Below are positions 57,678-64,000 of a stretch of DNA of 64,000 nt, piece after piece (within the stretch, counting starts at the first letter, position 1; each line of letters begins with the position of its first letter). Below the pieces are notes generated by a model, which had not been told where the DNA came from, searched no databases, and saw only the letters and a list, made by a program, of their open reading frames with translations. Position numbers and translations under genes: made by a program. Origin of the DNA: a virus; IMG/VR virus record IMGVR_UViG_3300017991_002758, positions 1 to 64,000 of that record; one strand, 5' to 3'.

Positions 57678-60600
57678 ATGGCTGCTGAGTTTTGGATTAG
57701 ACGAACGCCGGCCGGCGATTTCACTATCGATGACCTCGGCCTGACGGTTGAAGGCAGTGGCGACGAAATAGATCTGCTGACAATGTTCGATACCGAGCAG
57801 ATCGTGAACAGTGCGGATCTGGCAGCGGCAATAGTGGCCGATGATGTTACGCGGATCGACGGTCCTGCCGGTAGTCCAATAGCCGCGGCCGATGCGTTCA
57901 AGGACATCCAGCCGCAGCTGCCGCTAACCGGCAACGAGCACCAGTTCCTGAACGGAAAGGGTGAATACTCAGCGCCGGTCAGCTTCATCATGGCGAAGAA
58001 CATGAGGTTCGGCTGGAACGATCAGTATGAGTATGACCTGACTTTCACCGACGGCACGCGCCAGCTCGACATCACGCCCACAGGAGCCTCCTTCACTTGG
58101 TATCAAGGAATCTGGGAATACCAGAAGACCTCGGACAGCATAATAATCTCCACCGCCGAGGGTCTGCACATGGTGTTCTACAACGGCAACACCTTGACCG
58201 AGACGGTGAACCCCACCGGCGATCAGATTGCCTCGGTGCTGAGGGATAATACGCTGGTGGCCTTCATCTACTGGGATGCCACCAACTCGAAGGCAATCTA
58301 CCTAGGCTACGAGTCGCACTCATTTGTGATGCCGCCCGAGACGCACATCAACCTGCACCTGACGCGAGGTGCGCAGTACATATCAGGGAACGGGGCGACC
58401 AACGTCGTGGCCGACGGCAACGGAGATCTGGACGTCCATGCACAGTTCGGAATCAGCTCGGGTAGAATGGCCGACGAGGATGTGTACACGGATTCCGCCG
58501 GCGTTGGTTCCACGACCGGATTGCCCATATATCATCTCGAAGGCTCAGAGGCTTCGCCAAATATCAGGCAGGTAATCAACTCTGGATTTTCTGTGAGGAC
58601 AACTGGCAGTGGAAGATTGGCATACAATCTGCTTTCGGGAGGATCGTGGTCGGTTGCCGAGGTAACGAACAACAACTTTGTTCTATGCCATGTTCTGGCG
58701 TCCAATGATTCGGTTGAAAGCCGTAAACTGATTGCCTTCATGGGACAGGCCCAATATGCAAACATTGCAGCAGCTAGGGCAGCGGCAGAAGAAGAAATCA
58801 ATCGGCTGGTTCTGGGCCGCTGGGCCTCACAAGAAATGGTCAAGCTGTTCACTTTCATTTTCCAGACCGCAGACGGTTACGCCAACAGTGTAAAAGGTCG
58901 CATTAGAACTACAGATACCGGAGCAGATTACATTGATTGGCGTGGCACTTCTGCATTCGCGGCAGCCGGTGATGCCGCGGGAACAACTTTCAGTGATAAT
59001 GACTTTGGCCTATTCAATGACGCCGATCCGACCAAGCAGGCCGATTTCGATCTTTCGGGCATTTCCTCTGGCTATAAAAGGACGGTGACACTGCCCGATA
59101 AAAATATAGAGGTAGACGACAAGAATGATTCGCGGCCGCCAACCAGCCATGCCTCAACTCACCAATCCGGTGGTGCTGATTCCATCAAGCTCGATGACTT
59201 GGCCGCACCAGACGACAACACGGATCTCGACGCGACGACCGGGCAACACGGCCTGTTGCCGAAACTCGGAGGCGGCACGGCAAATTTCCTCCGCGCCGAC
59301 GGAACCTGGGCAACACCTTCCGGAGGAACTCCTGGAGCTCACGCATCGACTCACGAGAATGGTGGTTCGGATGAGATCTCTGTGGCCGGCTTGAGCGGAG
59401 CATTGGCCGATCCCCAGACGCCAAGTTCGCACGCTTCCACTCACGACGCCGGCGGCGCCGATGCTATGGCAATCGATGCCGCGGCCGGCACGGGTAGTTT
59501 GCGAACGCTGGGAACAGGATCTCAGCAGGCATGCGCCGGCGATGATGCAAGGCTTTCCGATGATCGAAATGATCCCGATGCAATTCACGACAATGTAGCG
59601 TCCGAGATCTATCCCATCACCGAAAAGGGAACGCCGGTCACGACCGACGTGCTACTCATCGAGGACGCAGCAGATTCTTACAATAAAAAGAAGATTCGCA
59701 TTGGAAGTCTGCCGGCCGCGCAGCCAGCGGCGCACCATACCAGCCATGAGTCGGGAGGTTCCGATTCCATCAAGCTCGACGACTTGGCCACGCCGGACGA
59801 CAATACCGACCTCGATGCCACGACCGGGCAACACGGCCTGTTGCCGAAACTCGGAGGCGGCACAGCGAACTTCCTGCGCGCCGACGGAACCTGGGCAGCT
59901 CCCGATGGAGGCACGCCGGCCTCGCACGCTTCCAGCCATGAAAATGGTGGCTCTGACGAGATCTCTGTAGCCGGGCTCAGTGGCGCACTGGCCGATCCGC
60001 AAACGCCTGAGTCCCATGCATCATCTCACGAGAATGGCGGTGCTGATGAAATGAGTGTAGCCGGGCTCAGTGGCGCACTGGCCGATCCGCAAACACCAAG
60101 CTCTCATGCCTCAACTCACCAATCCGGTGGTGCTGATTCCATCAAGCTCGACGACTTGGCCGCACCAGACGACAATACCGATCTCGACGCGACGACCGGG
60201 CAACACGGCCTGTTGCCGAAGCTAGGAGGCGGCACGGCTAACTTCCTCCGTGCTGACGGCAGTTGGGCTTCACCAGATGGAGGAACGCCGGCGGCGCATG
60301 CTTCAACGCATGAGAACGGTGGTGCTGATGAAATGAGTGTCGCTGGGTTGAGCGGCGCACTGGCCGATCCCCAAACTCCGTCTTCTCACGCATCGACGCA
60401 TGAGAACGGAGGAGCTGATGAGATGTCAGTCGCCGGCCTTAGCGGAGCATTGGCCGATCCTCAGACTCCTTCTTCGCACGCTTCGAGTCACCAATCTGGC
60501 GGAGCTGATTCTATCAAGTTGGATGACTTGGCCACGCCGGACGACAATACCGACCTCGACGCGACGACCGGGCAACACGGCCTGTTGCCGAAGCTTGGTG

Positions 60601-61631
60601 GCGGGACCACCAATTTCTTGCGTGCTGACGGCACCTGGGCGGCGCCTCCCGGCGGTACCCCTGATCCGCACGCATCTACACACGAGAACGGTGGATCCGA
60701 TGAGATTTCCGTAGCCGGCCTCAGCGGAACACTGGCCGACCCGCAAACACCAAGCTCTCATGCCTCAACTCACCAATCTGGCGGCGCCGATGCAATAAAA
60801 CTCGACGACCTAGCAGCGCCAGACGACAATACGGATTTGAACGCAACCACTGGGCAACACGGCTTGTTGCCCAAGCTTGGAGGCGGAACCTCAAACTTCC
60901 TCCGCGCTGACGGCAGTTGGGCCTCTCCCGACGGAGGAACGCCGGCCTACCATGCATCAAGTCACCAGTCCGGTGGAGGAGATTCGATAAAACTCGACGA
61001 CCTGGCAACGCCGGACGACAACACCGATCTCAACGCGACCACCAGCCAGCACGGCCTGCTGCCGAAATTGGGCGGCGGAACCACGAACTTCCTGCGCGCC
61101 GACGGGACCTGGGCGGCGCCTGGGGCCAGCTCTTCGTTCCCCACGAAATACTACGACGCCGACATGCTGGACTTGCCGCTGAGCTCAGATTGGGCCGTAA
61201 CTGACAATGCGGCACTCGCTGCGGACAGCAACAATTCGGCCCTTTCCGTTCTGAATTTCGATGACACTGATGAGGAAGGATGTGGTCTGTTGGTGCAGCC
61301 GCCAAGTGGCGCTACAAATATTGTTATCACGATTCGTTCTCGCGCCGATACGGCACCGGGAGGGACGAGTGGCGTGGCTCTGCTTCTGTACAAGCGCGAC
61401 CTGCCCGACAACTCGGCTGTCGGCTCTTGGTCGGGCGGATACCAAATGACGGACCTGTCATTCCCAACCAACGAATATTGGCAGTACGACTCGCAGACCA
61501 TCGCGCTGTCGACGCTGGGCATCACTGCCGGGAGGCTGACCCAGCTAGAGCTGGTGCGCGACACCATCGACGGCGGAGACACGCTGTCGGGCGACTGGGT
61601 GCTGTCCAGGCTGCAGATTGGGTGGACCTAA
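57678..61631 (+). CDS. long repeat-containing tail fibre protein
   Basis: 1317 aa; FLRADGTWA and HASTH..GG.D modules. Confidence 0.8.
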   Translation: MAAEFWIRRTPAGDFTIDDLGLTVEGSGDEIDLLTMFDTEQIVNSADLAAAIVADDVTRIDGPAGSPIAAADAFKDIQPQLPLTGNEHQFLNGKGEYSAPVSFIMAKNMRFGWNDQYEYDLTFTDGTRQLDITPTGASFTWYQGIWEYQKTSDSIIISTAEGLHMVFYNGNTLTETVNPTGDQIASVLRDNTLVAFIYWDATNSKAIYLGYESHSFVMPPETHINLHLTRGAQYISGNGATNVVADGNGDLDVHAQFGISSGRMADEDVYTDSAGVGSTTGLPIYHLEGSEASPNIRQVINSGFSVRTTGSGRLAYNLLSGGSWSVAEVTNNNFVLCHVLASNDSVESRKLIAFMGQAQYANIAAARAAAEEEINRLVLGRWASQEMVKLFTFIFQTADGYANSVKGRIRTTDTGADYIDWRGTSAFAAAGDAAGTTFSDNDFGLFNDADPTKQADFDLSGISSGYKRTVTLPDKNIEVDDKNDSRPPTSHASTHQSGGADSIKLDDLAAPDDNTDLDATTGQHGLLPKLGGGTANFLRADGTWATPSGGTPGAHASTHENGGSDEISVAGLSGALADPQTPSSHASTHDAGGADAMAIDAAAGTGSLRTLGTGSQQACAGDDARLSDDRNDPDAIHDNVASEIYPITEKGTPVTTDVLLIEDAADSYNKKKIRIGSLPAAQPAAHHTSHESGGSDSIKLDDLATPDDNTDLDATTGQHGLLPKLGGGTANFLRADGTWAAPDGGTPASHASSHENGGSDEISVAGLSGALADPQTPESHASSHENGGADEMSVAGLSGALADPQTPSSHASTHQSGGADSIKLDDLAAPDDNTDLDATTGQHGLLPKLGGGTANFLRADGSWASPDGGTPAAHASTHENGGADEMSVAGLSGALADPQTPSSHASTHENGGADEMSVAGLSGALADPQTPSSHASSHQSGGADSIKLDDLATPDDNTDLDATTGQHGLLPKLGGGTTNFLRADGTWAAPPGGTPDPHASTHENGGSDEISVAGLSGTLADPQTPSSHASTHQSGGADAIKLDDLAAPDDNTDLNATTGQHGLLPKLGGGTSNFLRADGSWASPDGGTPAYHASSHQSGGGDSIKLDDLATPDDNTDLNATTSQHGLLPKLGGGTTNFLRADGTWAAPGASSSFPTKYYDADMLDLPLSSDWAVTDNAALAADSNNSALSVLNFDDTDEEGCGLLVQPPSGATNIVITIRSRADTAPGGTSGVALLLYKRDLPDNSAVGSWSGGYQMTDLSFPTNEYWQYDSQTIALSTLGITAGRLTQLELVRDTIDGGDTLSGDWVLSRLQIGWT
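59148..61120 (+). repeat. Interleaved coding repeats: six ~55-aa A modules and six ~30-aa B modules
   Basis: A = HASTHQSGGADSIKLDDLAAPDDNTDLDATTGQHGLLPKLGGGTANFLRADGTWA; B = HASTHENGGSDEISVAGLSGALADPQTPSS. Confidence 0.9.
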
Positions 61632-62353
61632 TGGCTTGCTATTTCAACGGAACATCATATCCCGGCGACGGCGCCAATTTTTACGATCCTACAACGCTGA
61701 GGAATATAACCACCAAAACGCTCTCGGCATGGATTCTTCCGTTCGGATGGGGTGAGGGTAACTACGGACGAATAATATCCAAGAGCTATACCACATTCAG
61801 TGAAGGATGGCTTTTATTTCTCGCAAATGGCGGAGGTCCAAACGGAACGCAAACGCTGGCATTCAGCCAATTCCGAAGCATTATTGATTGTGATGTGCGA
61901 GGCGCCAACTATGCAATAACACTTAATGAATGGCAGCATGTCGCGGTCACGTACCAGTCGAGCGGAACAGTGCTGTATGTCAATGGCCAGGCAATAGGCA
62001 CCGTCAACTACAATGCCGGCAGCGGAGGTGAATCCGATGACACCGACAGCTGGCTCTTGGTCGGCCAACAGGATTGGAGTTACGACCGGGAATTCGATGG
62101 CCTGATCGAGGACGTCAGAATTTGGAACAGGGTTCTCAGCGCCAGCGAGATCTCCGCGCTATGGAAGGCGCGTGGTGGCGACTCAATACATTACGGAGAG
62201 ATAGCACGCTGGCCATTGAATGAATTGCCGCCGGCGACGGTAATTGGAACCGGAACACTCCGCGACATTTCCAACAACAAGAACGATGGCGATTCCCTGC
62301 AAGAGGATTTCCCATACGCAGCGGGAATAGTCGGTAGAAGGAAGGTGGCATAA
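61631..62353 (+). CDS. LamG/concanavalin A-like domain protein
   Basis: TLSAWI, WQHVAVTY, LYVNG, FDGLIEDVRIWNRVLSASEI. Confidence 0.9.
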   Translation: MACYFNGTSYPGDGANFYDPTTLRNITTKTLSAWILPFGWGEGNYGRIISKSYTTFSEGWLLFLANGGGPNGTQTLAFSQFRSIIDCDVRGANYAITLNEWQHVAVTYQSSGTVLYVNGQAIGTVNYNAGSGGESDDTDSWLLVGQQDWSYDREFDGLIEDVRIWNRVLSASEISALWKARGGDSIHYGEIARWPLNELPPATVIGTGTLRDISNNKNDGDSLQEDFPYAAGIVGRRKVA

Positions 62354-62760
62354 TGGCAAACGTGATAAACAGAACGACCTACGAGTATCTAGAAAGCGTC
62401 AATACACCGGATTACTCGGAGGTCGATTGGCTTCACGATCCTGACGTCAGCGCATTGGAATCAGTGGAGAGAAAATATTGGAAGGTTGTCGACGACGAAG
62501 TGCTCGAGATGAGCCAGGCAGAAAAAGACGCAGTCGATGCCGCGATCTATGCCGCTCAGTTGGCAGCGGCCGTTTCCGAAGCCAAGGATCTGGTGGATGC
62601 CGCACAAAAATGGAAAGGGGTTTTCGAGCGAGCATACAGAGCTCTAGTCATGGTAACGCTGTCGGAAATAAATATTCTGCGCGTTGAGGCAGGGCTCTCT
62701 GAGCGAACAGTGGCGCAGGTAAAGGCGGCAATAAAAGCACAGATTGACGGCGAAGGTTAA
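62353..62760 (+). CDS. putative fibre assembly/accessory protein
   Basis: KYWKV....V.EMS.AEK..VD pattern; position after the fibre genes. Confidence 0.55.
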   Translation: MANVINRTTYEYLESVNTPDYSEVDWLHDPDVSALESVERKYWKVVDDEVLEMSQAEKDAVDAAIYAAQLAAAVSEAKDLVDAAQKWKGVFERAYRALVMVTLSEINILRVEAGLSERTVAQVKAAIKAQIDGEG

Positions 62761-62779
62761 CCGGGCACAGGAGGATCTC

Positions 62780-63331
62780 ATGGCTGGCAGAAGCGATTCA
62801 CCACCACCATTTCATGCACCCAAAGCAAGCCCCATCAGTGAACATTCATTGCTGCCTTCTTGTAGTGCGGCATTTGCCGGGCTCGAAGTCACACTTAAAA
62901 CCATTACCAGTGAGATGAAAGGTATGCGTAGAGATGTGCAGGAGATGGGGCGAGTCCAATCGGGTCAGGCCGAATCTATCAAAGGAGTATGGCACGAGAT
63001 CCGCGATGAGATAAATCCAGCGGTGAAAGAAATACCTGGAAAAATTGCCCAAGATTTTAAAGAACATGAAGGTAATTGCCCAGCTCGCCGGCGCGCGATG
63101 AGGAAAGCTGAAAGTGGTGGCTCCAGCGATCAGATTAACGCACGTGCGCTGATCGGTCAGCACCTCGAAGAACACACCGGAACCATCGTCACTCAGCGTC
63201 GTGGAATCATCAGAAACAGTGCGAATGGCCACTATGAAATTCCCCGGCCGATCCTCTGGATAGGAGGCCTGATTGGAGCTGCGGTTGCCGCTTCAGGCTA
63301 CGTCTATCACCTCCTGACTATGTCCCAGTAG
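62780..63331 (+). CDS. coiled-coil protein with C-terminal TM helix (possible lysis-related)
   Basis: AGGAGG RBS; ILWIGGLIGAAVAASGYVY hydrophobic end. Confidence 0.55.
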   Translation: MAGRSDSPPPFHAPKASPISEHSLLPSCSAAFAGLEVTLKTITSEMKGMRRDVQEMGRVQSGQAESIKGVWHEIRDEINPAVKEIPGKIAQDFKEHEGNCPARRRAMRKAESGGSSDQINARALIGQHLEEHTGTIVTQRRGIIRNSANGHYEIPRPILWIGGLIGAAVAASGYVYHLLTMSQ

Positions 63332-63535
63332 TCCCCCAAAGAACACCAAAAAAACCCCCAATTTAGGCCCGGCTCGCATTTTTTTGGAGCCCTGTTTCGG
63401 CCTGCCGTTGAAGGCCCTCGCGTTTTTTATAGGTTATAAAAAACTATACCGTGTAAAAAAATACTTTATGAGGGTTAAAAAAGGGGCTACTAATTAGTCA
63501 TGAAAAGAAATTCAGACAAAAAAAGGAGCGGAAAA

Positions 63536-64000
63536 ATGGCAAGACGTAAAATTTTCATCCCGGAAAATCTACGCTTAGCAACCATTAAAACCACCGGCCG
63601 GCGCTTCATTGTTTTGCGGATCGATTTTCGCGAGCGCATTGTTTTCACCTACGGCCGAGTGACCGGGTTCGTCTACAACGAAGGCGCCAAAACAGCAGGC
63701 CTACAAGTTGAAGAGAAGGGCCTGAAGTTGAAGCTTGACGAGGTGACAATTTCTGAAGCCTGGAAGAGCCCAACGCTGGCGGCCGAGCTAGCAGAGCAGA
63801 CCCGAGATGACGAAGCTGACAAGGGTTATTATTGGGACCGCGAAGTGAGCGGAGGACGGCGAACCCGATCAACTTATTGGATAAGGCGAGAGGCCACCAG
63901 CGAACAGGCTTTGAACCACGCAGCACGGATGGAGAGCATGGGGCACACCGATTCCGCCAAGCTTTGGATGAGGATCGCAGAAGGCGCAGCAAACGCAGGG
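63536..64000 (+). CDS. hypothetical protein, 3'-truncated (absent from the ORF track)
   Basis: AGGAG RBS then ATG GCA AGA CGT AAA...; frame open to the window end. Confidence 0.65.
   Translation, partial: MARRKIFIPENLRLATIKTTGRRFIVLRIDFRERIVFTYGRVTGFVYNEGAKTAGLQVEEKGLKLKLDEVTISEAWKSPTLAAELAEQTRDDEADKGYYWDREVSGGRRTRSTYWIRREATSEQALNHAARMESMGHTDSAKLWMRIAEGAANAG

Larger units (their letters stand above)
1..64000 (+). mobile_element. Segment of a large contractile-tailed phage/prophage genome (packaging, head, tail, baseplate and fibre modules)
   Basis: Co-oriented terminase, portal, MuF, prohead protease, capsid, sheath, tube, tape measure and baseplate genes in canonical order; no host housekeeping genes; genome ends not visible. 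Confidence 0.97.

Noticed and set aside
59148-61120. CRISPR array or DGR template/variable repeats
   Set aside because: Repeats are in-frame protein modules differing mainly at synonymous sites; no unique spacers, cas genes or reverse transcriptase
1-64000. Genome-wide TGA reassignment (genetic code 4 or 25) explaining the MuF stop
   Set aside because: Many genes end in TGA at natural C-termini with ATGA overlaps, Trp is encoded by TGG, and other long genes are not fragmented

Overview
The whole window is one contiguous, + strand segment of a large tailed (myovirus-type) phage or prophage genome. No host genes, integrase, rRNA or CRISPR array are visible. Gene order: accessory genes (1-6.2 kb: Lcl/DUF1566-like protein, MmcB-like nuclease, C5 DNA methyltransferase with a second long overlapping frame, Zn fingers); an autoregulated RHH gene, probable terminase small subunit and a 117-nt tRNA-like element; a seven-gene DNA-modification-like cluster (ParB-N, class II glutamine amidotransferase, amino acid:DNA transferase, amidoligase, GNAT, P-loop kinase, SPL-like radical SAM); terminase large subunit, portal, MuF head protein, XkdF-like protease, major capsid, neck; contractile tail (sheath, tube, frameshifting chaperone, tape measure), baseplate and fibres. 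Best finding: the MuF gene has an in-frame TGA exactly where the conserved Cys of the PPxHxxCRS motif belongs (PPYHHL*RSWTVP), followed by a hairpin fitting the bacterial SECIS consensus. Read-through would join MuF to a 600-aa extension ending in an HExxH metallopeptidase domain, followed by an immunity-like gene. This is a candidate phage structural selenoprotein and possible selenium-gated MuF toxin. All assignments come from motif recognition by eye; no searches were run.
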